From: a bacterium
GTDB lineage: Bacteria; UBA8248; JACPRG01; G963555815
Direction of reading: 5' to 3'
DNA: 64,000 bases
NCBI GenBank assembly: GCA_963555815.3
Contig: CAUVWX020000002.1
Span: 594,916-658,915, forward strand
Position 1 is the first letter of the stretch. Every line of letters starts with the position of its first letter. Below are positions 28,564 to 37,505 of the stretch, piece after piece. Both the position numbers and the translations under genes were made by a program. The notes beneath the pieces were generated by a model that searched no databases, had not been told where the DNA came from, and worked only from the letters and a program-made list of their open reading frames with translations.

Positions 28564-29517
28564 TCACTCTCGCCAGTATTGGAGGATGTCAGCCAGGCTC
28601 TGGTCGAGGGGGATCTCGGGCTCCCAACCCGTTTGGGCTTTGAACTTTCCCGGGTCTCCGATAAGCCGAGGGACGTCCGAGGGTCGAAGACGATCGGGGT
28701 CCACCTTCGCCTTGATGGAGACCCGGGCCATGGCCAAGAAGCGGTCCAGGATCTCCTGGATACGGTGCCCCTTTCCTGAGCAGACGTTGTAGACCTCCCC
28801 AGACACCCCCCGCTCCAGAACAAGCCAGTAGGCCCGTACGATATCCCGTACATCCGTGAAATCGCGGATTGCCTCCAGGTTTCCCACCCGAAGAGGTCCT
28901 TGGGCGAGCCCAAGCTCCTGCTCGGCGATCTGCCTGGCAAAGCTGGAGCAGACGAAGACGTCCGAGTGCCTTGGGCCAGTGACGTTGAAGGCCCGAGTCC
29001 GGATCAACCCCAGCTGGTAGCTATAAACATACTGAAGACTCAGAAGGTCCTGGCCCACCTTGCTGACCGCGTAAGGGCTCATGGGGCGAAGGGCATTCGT
29101 CTCCTTCAGGGGGAACTCGTGGGGCTCTGCAATACCGTATTCCTCGCTGGAGCCGGCGACGAGGATGAGGGGGTCCATCTCAAGCTGGCGCACGGCCTCC
29201 AGGAGGTGGAGGGTCCCCAGGATGTTCGTCGTGAGGGCCTCCTCGGGGGCATCCCAGGAGATGGCGACGTGGCTCTGAGCCGCAAGATGAAAGATTTTCT
29301 GCGGCCGAAGATAGCGGAGCACACCGAGGACTGAGGTGAGGTCTCTCACGTCGCACTCGACAATGGAGATTCGGTCGCTCAGATGATCGATGTGTCCCGT
29401 ATCGCTTCGCCACCGGCGCGTGCCATAGATCTCAACCCCGGGAAGGGAGGTCAAGAACTCCGCTAAGTGGCTCCCGGCAAAACCCGTGACGCCTGTGATG
29501 AGAACCCGTTCGGCCAT
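28564..29517 (-). CDS. GDP-mannose 4,6-dehydratase / GDP-4-keto-6-deoxymannose reductase family (extended SDR)
   Basis: LITGVTGFAGSHL, FHLAAQSHV, GSSEEYG, SPYAVSK, GNLEAIRDFTDVRD. Confidence 0.9.
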   Translation of the reverse strand: MAERVLITGVTGFAGSHLAEFLTSLPGVEIYGTRRWRSDTGHIDHLSDRISIVECDVRDLTSVLGVLRYLRPQKIFHLAAQSHVAISWDAPEEALTTNILGTLHLLEAVRQLEMDPLILVAGSSEEYGIAEPHEFPLKETNALRPMSPYAVSKVGQDLLSLQYVYSYQLGLIRTRAFNVTGPRHSDVFVCSSFARQIAEQELGLAQGPLRVGNLEAIRDFTDVRDIVRAYWLVLERGVSGEVYNVCSGKGHRIQEILDRFLAMARVSIKAKVDPDRLRPSDVPRLIGDPGKFKAQTGWEPEIPLDQSLADILQYWRE

Positions 29518-29675
29518 CTGGGGCTCCGTAAAGTCCGCTGAAGATCCATCTCGTATCAAAGAAAAGTCTAGCACAGGCTTTCCAATCCCCTGGGGCCCAG
29601 TGTCTCGACGGGATCAGAGGGAGTTTCAGCACGGGGAGAAACGAGCAGTCAAAACCCAAAAAGGTGGCCCCGTTT

Positions 29676-29691
29676 TGGCACTGAATTTGCT
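29676..29691 (+). promoter_or_regulatory. Sigma-54 (-24/-12) promoter
   Basis: TGGCAC-TGAAT-TTGCT matches the TGGCAC-N5-TTGC consensus and lies in an intergenic region. Confidence 0.7.
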
Positions 29692-29823
29692 CCTAAATGT
29701 GGGGAGACAGACCTGGAGCCAGATGCAGACAGTTTCTTCACCCCCTATGAAGGCGCCTCTGTCTTAACGGCATTCGGCTTGAAGCCAAAACCCTCGGCCT
29801 TGTTTCGTCACCTAGGGGGCAGA

Positions 29824-30004
29824 GGGATGGAGCGTCCGGTTCCCATGCTCCTCCCCATGGGGCCGGGCGCCAAGCTGTTTTGCATCCAGGTTCTCATGAT
29901 CGCGATGAAATCCTGATGGGGAACCGACGCCCCATGAGGACTCCCCAAGCTGTCTTTATTCCCCATGAGGCCCTCCTGCTCAGGGAAGGCCGGTCGCTCC
30001 ACCC
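29824..30004. ncRNA. Candidate structured non-coding RNA of unknown family
   Basis: The ends (29824-29844 and 29983-30004) can form about 19 bp; internal hairpins and repeated motifs; no convincing ORF. Confidence 0.4.
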
Positions 30005-30040
30005 CCTACAGAAGAAGTCGGAGGGTCACCCTCAGAGGGG

Positions 30041-30069
30041 TTGACAGGCCTCCCCCGTTCCCCTAAAAA
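30041..30069 (+). promoter_or_regulatory. Sigma-70 promoter candidate for lpdA
   Basis: TTGACA-17 bp-TAAAAA. Confidence 0.5.
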
Positions 30070-30140
30070 TAAGCCCTGCCATTTCTTTGGGGATAGGCTT
30101 TTCTAGCCTCTTCATCTCAAGCAGAGAGGGGGGTCTTTTC

Positions 30141-31562
30141 ATGCCTGATTTTGATGTGGCCATTCTGGGCGGAGGACCTGCCGGCTACGTGGCGGCCATT
30201 CGCGGGGCTCAATTGGGAGGAAGGGTGTGCGTCATTGAGCCGGAGAATCTGGGGGGCACTTGTGTCACCTGGGGCTGTATCCCCACCAAGACCCTCATCG
30301 CCTCGGCCCATGTTCTCAAGATGGCCCGTCGGGCAAAGGAGTTCGGGGTGATCATCGACGGGACCATCCGGCCGGACTTCCCAGGGATGATGGCCCGAAA
30401 GGACCGGGTCGTGGATGGCCTTGTCAAGGGGGTTGAGGGGCTCTTTAAGAGCTACGGCATCACGCGCATCAAGGGACGCGGGAGGCTGACGGGGCCGGGC
30501 CGCCTGAAAATAGACAAGGTTTCATCCTCAGAGGATGGGCCAGGCGACGTGACGGCCGGCAAGATCATCATCGCCACCGGCTCACGCCCTGCCCAGTTCC
30601 CCGCCTTCCCAAGCGACGGAAAGCATATCCTCACCAGCGACGACGCCATGCGCCTAAAAAATCTCCCGAAGAGCTTTCTCATCATCGGGGCCGGGATCAT
30701 CGGCTGCGAATTTGCCTTTCTCCTGCGGACACTGGGCTGCGAGATCACGATGGTGGAGATGCTCCACCGCGCCCTTGCCACCGAAGACGAGGACATCTCA
30801 AAAATCCTCGAGCGCGAGCTCAAAAAGGAAAAGATTAAGCTCATCGTGAACGAGCGGATCGAAAAGGTGGATGTCCGCGGTGGGGGCGTGGTGGCCCGAC
30901 TCAAGGGCGGCGACGAGATCAAGGCCGAAAAGGCCCTGGTCTCCATCGGGCGCGCCTTCAACACCGACGAGATCGGCCTTGAGGCGGTGGGGGTATCCCT
31001 TGCCAAGAACAAGTCCATTGCCGCCGACTCCAAGATGGAGACGAACGTCCCCGGCATCTACGCGGCAGGGGACGTGGCAGGGGGGAAGCTTCTGGCCCAC
31101 AAGGGCTCGGCCGAGGGGATCGTGGCCGTCTCAAACGCCCTGGGGGTCGAGAAAGAGATGAACTACCTGGCGGTCCCCGCAGGGATCTTCACCCACCCGG
31201 AGGTCGGGAGCGTCGGCCTGACAGAGGCTCAGGCGCGAGAGGGAGACCGCCCCGTCAAGGTGGGCCGCTTCCTCTATCGGGCCATCGGCAAACCCCACGC
31301 CACGGGAGAGCTGGTCGGCGAGGTGAAGATCGTAGCCGATGAGCGGACAGGGGAGATCCTGGGCGCCCACATCATCGGCGAGTCAGCGGCCGATCTCATC
31401 CACGAGGCGACCCTGGCCATGCGCTGGGAGCTCACGGTGGAGGAGCTGGCCGAAACCATCCACGTCCACCCCACCGTCTCCGAGGCCCTCATGGAGGCCG
31501 CCCACGCCGTCCAGGGAATGAGTCTCCACCAGCCCAAGGCGGCGGGCACCCCCGGCGCCTGA
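30141..31562 (+). CDS. lpdA: Dihydrolipoyl dehydrogenase
   Basis: GGGPAGYVAAIR, GGTCVTWGCIPTK, GAGIIGCE, LLAHK, HVHPTVSE. Confidence 0.95.
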   Translation: MPDFDVAILGGGPAGYVAAIRGAQLGGRVCVIEPENLGGTCVTWGCIPTKTLIASAHVLKMARRAKEFGVIIDGTIRPDFPGMMARKDRVVDGLVKGVEGLFKSYGITRIKGRGRLTGPGRLKIDKVSSSEDGPGDVTAGKIIIATGSRPAQFPAFPSDGKHILTSDDAMRLKNLPKSFLIIGAGIIGCEFAFLLRTLGCEITMVEMLHRALATEDEDISKILERELKKEKIKLIVNERIEKVDVRGGGVVARLKGGDEIKAEKALVSIGRAFNTDEIGLEAVGVSLAKNKSIAADSKMETNVPGIYAAGDVAGGKLLAHKGSAEGIVAVSNALGVEKEMNYLAVPAGIFTHPEVGSVGLTEAQAREGDRPVKVGRFLYRAIGKPHATGELVGEVKIVADERTGEILGAHIIGESAADLIHEATLAMRWELTVEELAETIHVHPTVSEALMEAAHAVQGMSLHQPKAAGTPGA

Positions 31563-31659
31563 ACAGGTCTGGGTGATGGGTATGTGAAGGAATGTCCTTT
31601 CGCTGAGGAATCCTTCGCCGAAATCTCTCTACGATTCTCGTATCTACAGTTTCTTTCTC

Positions 31660-32526
31660 TCAAACCAACCTGAGAACGTCTGCAATAGCCTTTGCCACGG
31701 GCTTCGTAAAATCGTTGTCGGTCCAGTATTCGGAATGTGAGAGGGGGCTCCAGGAGGAGAAAACGCCTCCCGCATCGATTTCGATGTCTTTGGTCACCGA
31801 ATCCTCGTAACGTTGATAGTCTTTACCGGGTGGGTTCGGTGGGGGGTGTGTTTCTCTGTTACCCAATGGCATTAACGGATAGCCCAACACATCGTCTGCG
31901 TCATAAAAGTTGAGCCACTTCGCGGCCGGAAGGAGATTCGGAGACAGTTCGCCCGGGGGAAATTTGATGCTTTCAACTGGGTCATAGGCCAGGCTGAAAA
32001 GGGGGATGTTGCTGCCAAAAGTGATGAAAACCGTCAGGGTCTCCATTCTCTCGAATGCGATCCCGCCAAATTCGTTCGGATCTTTCCCCTTCTGTCTGTC
32101 CCAGATATAGTTCGACATGATGACGCTTCCCAGGGAGTGGGCCAGCACGATCAAAGGCTTGTCCGCGTTGCCCAGGTCATTGCGCAAAGCGGCCAATTCC
32201 GTATGCACCTTTTTGTGGATCTTGTCGTAGATGTCCGCCTGCTTGCCGGGGACCCGTTGGTATGCGACAGCGTCCCCAAAGGCATTGATGATGAACTGTC
32301 TGAGTTTGACGAAGTCGAGGCGATTCTTTTGTGAGAGATCGCGCCAAAGCTGTTCTTCCTTGGATTTAAGAATTTCGGCCCAATGCACAGGTTTCCAGCT
32401 CACTTGGGCTGGATCTGCACCCAGGTCTGAGATGCGATCGTCTAGCTCCTCCATCATTGAGTCCGCAAACTTTGAGTTCTGAGATCCCATCCCGTGCACG
32501 ACCAAGACACCCAGCTTAGACGCCAT
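31660..32526 (-). CDS. Hypothetical alpha/beta-hydrolase-like protein (lower GC than flanks)
   Basis: VLVVHGMG, AHSLGS nucleophile elbow, WLNFYDADDVLGYPL, SHSEYW. Confidence 0.7.
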   Translation of the reverse strand: MASKLGVLVVHGMGSQNSKFADSMMEELDDRISDLGADPAQVSWKPVHWAEILKSKEEQLWRDLSQKNRLDFVKLRQFIINAFGDAVAYQRVPGKQADIYDKIHKKVHTELAALRNDLGNADKPLIVLAHSLGSVIMSNYIWDRQKGKDPNEFGGIAFERMETLTVFITFGSNIPLFSLAYDPVESIKFPPGELSPNLLPAAKWLNFYDADDVLGYPLMPLGNRETHPPPNPPGKDYQRYEDSVTKDIEIDAGGVFSSWSPLSHSEYWTDNDFTKPVAKAIADVLRLV

Positions 32527-32664
32527 CTCCACTCTCCTTCAGTCCACCCGAACTCACGAGGGACAGGTGCTCACCACAGATAAGGAATTTTTGTTCTACG
32601 ATACTGGAATAGCGATCTTCTCACAACGTCAGCCTGCATCTGAAGCCCATATCAGGGTGGTAGA

Positions 32665-33531
32665 ATGGCAGGGGCCTCGGAGGAGCAACCTTTGGATTTT
32701 GAGTTGAATCAGTCCCAGCTTCGCATTCAAGAGCTGGCGCGGGCCTTCGCACGGGAGCAGGTGGCCCCCTTCGCTGGCGACTGGGAGGAAAGGGGGGAGA
32801 TCCCCCGAGAATTTCTCCTTCAGATGGCCCGGCAGGGTTTTGCCGCGATGACGGCCCCCTCGGAGTTCGGCGGGAGCGGGCTCGACCTCGTCAGCTTCGC
32901 CCTGGCCCTCATGGAAGTGTCCGAGGTCTCCCCTTCCCTCGCCCAGCTCATCTCTTCCAACACTGTGGTCTGCCACGCCCTGGCCGCCTTCGGCGCTCCT
33001 TCGCAGAAGAAGAGATACCTTGCCGAGCACGTGGCGGGCGGGGCCATCGGGTCCGTCGCCCTCCTTGAGCCCGAGGCGGGACATGATCTGTCGGCCGTCA
33101 GGACAGGGGCGACCCCGACTGAGGGAGGATACCTTCTGAGAGGTCAGAAGGCGCCCATGACTGGCTTGGATCTTCGAGGGATCGCAATCGTCAGTGCCCG
33201 GTTCGTCTCGTTTGAGGGAAAGCCATCTGCACCGGGCCTCACGCTTTTCATCGTGGACAAGCGAAGGGAGGGAGTCCGGGTAGTAAAGACCGAAAGGAAT
33301 TTCGGCCTTCGGGCCTGCGGGATTTCGTGTCTTGAGTTGGAGAATTGTTTTGTCCCCGACAAAAACCGCCTTGGAGAAGAGGATCGAGGACTCAAAATGG
33401 CTCAAAGCATCCTGGGTCTCGGGCGGGTTGCGGCGGCGGCTCAGGCCGCTCGCCCTGGGGACGGCCTTCCAGTGATTCGCGAGGCGGCCATGGCCGCTCA
33501 GGAACAGGGGGACAAGCACCTGAGGGGGTAA
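32665..33531 (+). pseudogene. Acyl-CoA dehydrogenase with internal deletion and C-terminal truncation
   Basis: N- and middle domains intact (FGGSGLD, LLEPEAGHD, GLRA). GRVAAAAQA jumps directly to DGLPVIREAAMA, so the usual YA-xER-QFG…LADM segment is missing, and the ORF stops without the QIHGGxG segment. Confidence 0.7.
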
Positions 33532-33537
33532 ACGAGG

Positions 33538-33861
33538 ATGGATTCCACAGACAACTTGGTCGTCCTGATGACGTGCGGAAAGATGGAGGAGGCGGAGAAG
33601 ATCGCCAAGGCCTTGGTGGAGGAAGGTCTCGCGGCCTGCGTTAACCTGGCCCCCGGGATCACGTCCATCTACCGCTGGGAGGGAAAGCTCTGCCAGGAAC
33701 CGGAGATTTTGATGATCGCCAAGACGCGCCCTGATCGCCTGGAGGCCTTCGAGGCGCGCGTCAAGGCCCTTCACAGCTACACCGTGCCCGAGATCCTGGC
33801 CCTCCCCTTGCGGGCCGGTTCAAAGGACTATCTGAAGTGGGTCGGAGAGGTCTGCGGTTAG
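33538..33861 (+). CDS. cutA: Divalent-cation tolerance protein CutA
   Basis: LVEEGLAACVN, SIYRWEG, LHSYTVPEI. Confidence 0.93.
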   Translation: MDSTDNLVVLMTCGKMEEAEKIAKALVEEGLAACVNLAPGITSIYRWEGKLCQEPEILMIAKTRPDRLEAFEARVKALHSYTVPEILALPLRAGSKDYLKWVGEVCG

Positions 33862-33894
33862 TCGGCCATTAGGCCGGGCGTTGGGACGAGGATT

Positions 33895-34648
33895 TTATTT
33901 TTTCGTGGACCAGAAGGTCTTGACCACGCCGTCAAAGGGAATCCGGAGGGGGTTGAACTTCTCAGCCGTGATCTCTTGGAACTTCGCTTGCTTAAGGAGG
34001 AGGGCGACATCGGTCCCCGTGAACATGCGCTCGGAAAAACCCTCCTTGAATCGGTCGTAGAGCTTTCCCTGCTTGATGAACCCATTCAGCTCCGCCTTGC
34101 CAATCTTCTGAGTGGGATGATAGGTGAGGGCCAGCGTAAGGACATAATCTCGGCCCTCTATCAGCTCGCGGCGCCCGGCCCAGAATCTTTCAAAGAATTC
34201 TTGATGGGTAATGTCGAACAGGAAGAAACCGCCCGGCTTCAGGGTCTTGTGGACATTTTTGAATACCCGCATGAGGTCTGATTTGCTCAGGAGGTGGTTC
34301 AGGCCCTCGAAAACGCAGGTGACCACATCGGCAATCCCCCTTCGCGACCACCGACGCATGTCCCCCCGGAAATAGGTGATCCGGCTCCGGTGGGAGTTTT
34401 TCTGCGCCTGGGCCAGCATCTCCTTCGAAAGGTCCACGCCGATGACGCGCCAGCCCTTTGCGGCGAAGAGCTTGGCAAGGTGCCCCGTTCCACAGGCCAG
34501 ATCCACCAGGGTCCCCGGTTTAACCCCCTGCCGTTTCAGGACCTCCGTTGCGCGGCGGAAGACCTCCTCTGCATACTTGTGGGCCCACTCGCGGTCGTAG
34601 AGATCAACCGTTCGAGAGTAAGCTGGCAGCGGTCGAATGTCGCCTCAC
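33895..34648 (-). CDS. Class I SAM-dependent methyltransferase with uncertain start (possible N-terminal frameshift or ATT start)
   Basis: VDLACGTG, GVDLSKEML, GDMR, LKPGGFFLFD. The frame extends upstream (AYSRTVDLYD) with no ATG/GTG/TTG, and the RBS-linked GTG at 34648 is 1 nt out of frame. Confidence 0.75.
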
Positions 34649-34883
34649 CCCCTCCACCTCGGAAAGGTTTTTTGTCTGCTGGAACCGGAGGGCACCACCC
34701 CCAAATTTTTCGAAAACCCTAGCCACCATTCCCCGTCGTGTCAAGGGACTAAGGAGACACCGAGACAGTAAACACAGTCAATAGGGCGGGATAACGGGAA
34801 GAGGACCGCGTTAGAAATAAAGTCAATAGGTACCATAGATTAATCAAATACTTTAGACACTCTCTCGCTTCTCACCGAAGACA

Positions 34884-34913
34884 TTGACAGGGACCATCGC
34901 TTTGTGATATAAG
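34884..34913 (+). promoter_or_regulatory. Sigma-70 promoter candidate in an AT-rich intergenic region
   Basis: TTGACA-18 bp-TATAAG with TG extension. Confidence 0.45.
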
Positions 34914-34984
34914 ATAACTTATTGTAATAATAGGTGTTTATTTAATTCTGACTCACCGTAGGCCTCCAACAGGAGACGTGGCGG

Positions 34985-35825
34985 ATGCAGTCAAAAGAAG
35001 GAAACGCCCCTGTGCGGGAGCCAGCCGTTGCGGGCAGCTTTTATCCTGCCTCTGACGAGGGGCTCCGCCGTGAGAGTGGAGAGCCACTGGGAGGCGGTGT
35101 CAGAGCCCAGGAGGGCCCTTGGGATTCTGGTCCCTCACGCCGGCCTCGTGTTCTCGGGCGGGGTCGCAGGGGCCGTCTATTCTCAGATTCTCCGGCCCGA
35201 TACGGCTATTCTCATCGGCCCAGACCACCGGGGCCTGGGGGGGCCGTTAACCTTCATGGGAGAGGGCGTGTGGCGGGTCCCGGGGGGAAAAGTGAGCATT
35301 GACGCCCCACTCGCCCGAGACCTTCTCGCCCGGCTTCCTCAGGCCGTGGACGACCCCTCCCCCCACGGCCCGGAGCACTGCCTGGAGGTCCAGATCCCCT
35401 TTCTCTGGTACGCAGGCCGAGAAGAGGGCAAAAAACTCCGCATTGTCCCCGTCCTCATGCGCGACTTCAGCCTCGACTCCTGTCTGCGCCTTGACGACGC
35501 CTTGGCACAGGCCCTGAAGGACAGGGAGGACCGCTGGACCATCGTCGCCAGCTCCGACTTGAACCACTACGAATCCCAGGACGTGACGGAGCAAAAGGAT
35601 CGGGCCGCCATAGAGGCCATTCTCCAGATGGACCCCCAGGGCCTCATTGAAACCGTTCGGCGGGAGAAGGTGACCATGTGCGGATACGGACCGGTGGCCG
35701 CCACCCTTGCGGCCTGTCGAGCCCTCGGGGCAAAGGGCGCGGAGCTGGTCAGGCACGCGACCTCAGGGGATGTCAATGGGGATTATGAGCGCGTCGTCGG
35801 CTATGCGGGAATCGTGATCCGCTGA
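34985..35825 (+). pseudogene. amrB: AmmeMemoRadiSam system protein B (MEMO1 family), frameshifted near 35062-35076
   Basis: REPAVAGSFYP in one frame, then PHAGLVFSG, GPDH, EHCLEVQIPFL, ASSDLNHY, TMCGYGP, VVGYAG in another. Confidence 0.85.
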
Positions 35826-35965
35826 ACGTATTCTTTACATTCAGCACATGACTCAATCAATATGGCTTTGCAGATGTGGCCTGAGACTGGAAATACCGAT
35901 TGTCTTGAAGACTCGCCCTCTAGAGAGAGCGCGGAAAGAGAATGGAGCTAAGAGGAGACCCCCCC

Positions 35966-36410
35966 ATGAGGAGAGCAAAGGTTCTAGCGTTTCTTCCCCT
36001 CCTTACCACCGTCGCCTTCCTTACCTTTGCAGCCCCGGGCAACACCCAAGAAGTGGACTTGCCCGGCTTTGGCGAGACTGAGCTAATCGCCGTCCGCCCG
36101 GGGGCGCCCCCTACCCCCATCCCCTTACAGGCTGGAGATCGCGCGTGGGAAGACCGTCGTTTGGTTGAATGCCACCCGGGACTTCATGTCCATCACCTTC
36201 ACAGGCGGAAGGGAGGTGCAGCGGGCCTGCATCGCACCCACTGGTTTTCACCTCACGGATAAGGGGACCTATGCCGCCGTTAATGTAATACCGGGCGGGG
36301 TAGCCAGTCTCTGCTTTGTCGAGGCGGGGGAGTACTCCTTCCTGGTGTCCCGCCTAGCCTTGAGCGGCAGGTCACTTAATCCCATAGTAGGACGAATCTC
36401 CGTAAAATAG
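35966..36410 (+). pseudogene. Exported cupredoxin-like hypothetical protein, apparently frameshifted at ~36100-36130
   Basis: Signal peptide MRRAKVLAFLPLL…; continuation LEIARGKTVVWLN…SLCFVEAGEYSF…GRISVK in a different frame. Confidence 0.55.
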
Positions 36411-36707
36411 CCCCCCCCTTTTGAGGACCGAAACCCCTAACATCCATCCCCCCAGGGGGAAACCCTCATGAGTGGGGTTATCTTCCTTTCCGCCGTGGGC
36501 GAAGCTGACTGCAAAGGATCTTGGTCTCAAAGAGCCGCTGTGTTATAAGTCTTGAGGAAGTTCAATTAAACCTTAAATTGCCTCTGCCTTCTGTTTTCCT
36601 AAACAGTTTTTGCTCTCACCCAGGCCGCTCGAAACCCCCTGAATAACTTTCTCAGGAGAGGGCTTCGAGAAGGGGCCGCTAAAAGCTTGACACGAGGGAG
36701 GCAAAAG

Positions 36708-37388
36708 ATGAACGGAGACGGGAAAGCCTATATCGCTGAGTTTATCGGCACCTTTTCCTTTGTCTTCATCGGTGCCGGAGCCATCATCACCGACGCTTGG
36801 TTCCCAGGGTCGGTGGGCCTGATTGGGATCGCGCTCGCCCACGGTCTGGCCCTCGCTATCATGATCTCGGCCACTGGCCACATCTCCGGCGGACATCTTA
36901 ATCCGGCGGTCACTGTGGGCTTCCTCGTGGCGGGAAAGATGAAGGTGGGGAAAGGAATGGGCTACATTGCCTCTCAGCTCATCGGGGGGATCGTGGCCGG
37001 CCTCCTTCTTCGGGTCATCTTTCCGGCCACCATCTGGACCCAGGTGAACCTGGGGACTCCAGGTCTTGACCCCAGGATCGGGGTGGGCACCGGGATCCTG
37101 GTGGAGCTCATCTTGACCTTCTTTTTGGTCTTCGCTGTTTTCGGGACAGCGGTAGACAAACGGGCCCCCAAGCTGGGGGGGTTCGGGATTGGTCTGGTTC
37201 TTGTCTTCGACATCCTCATGGGCGGGCCCCTCACCGGGGCCTCCATGAACCCGGCCAGGACCTTCGGCCCGGCCGTCGCCTCCGCCTTCTGGACCAACCA
37301 CTACGTTTACTGGGTGGGCCCCCTGTTGGGGGGCATTATCGCCGCTCTCATCTATCGCCACCTCCTCATGGACAAAAAGACCGCTTGA
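36708..37388 (+). CDS. MIP family channel (aquaporin)
   Basis: AEFIGTF, ISGGHLNPAVT, GASMNPARTFGPA, YWVGPLLG. Confidence 0.95.
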   Translation: MNGDGKAYIAEFIGTFSFVFIGAGAIITDAWFPGSVGLIGIALAHGLALAIMISATGHISGGHLNPAVTVGFLVAGKMKVGKGMGYIASQLIGGIVAGLLLRVIFPATIWTQVNLGTPGLDPRIGVGTGILVELILTFFLVFAVFGTAVDKRAPKLGGFGIGLVLVFDILMGGPLTGASMNPARTFGPAVASAFWTNHYVYWVGPLLGGIIAALIYRHLLMDKKTA

Positions 37389-37399
37389 GGATCCAGCCT

Positions 37400-37431
37400 G
37401 TTCGGCGGAGGGGACCCATCCTCCGCCGAAC
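37400..37431 (+). terminator. Strong hairpin after the aquaporin gene (possible terminator)
   Basis: gttcggcggagg…cctccgccgaac 12-bp stem; weak U-tract. Confidence 0.45.
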
Positions 37432-37505
37432 GGCCCTTTCCTTCACGCCTTCAGCGGAATATACTGAAAGATTAAACACCCTATTATCTTCCATCAGGCA
37501 CCCCT

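Noticed and set aside
29824..30004. Assignment as 6S RNA or a known riboswitch
   Set aside because: Length and closing stem fit loosely, but the diagnostic consensus motifs could not be matched by eye; left as unknown
34645..34647. In-frame TGA upstream of the methyltransferase as a Sec codon
   Set aside because: No GGUC hairpin at +18, no Cys-type motif and no plausible in-frame upstream start nearby
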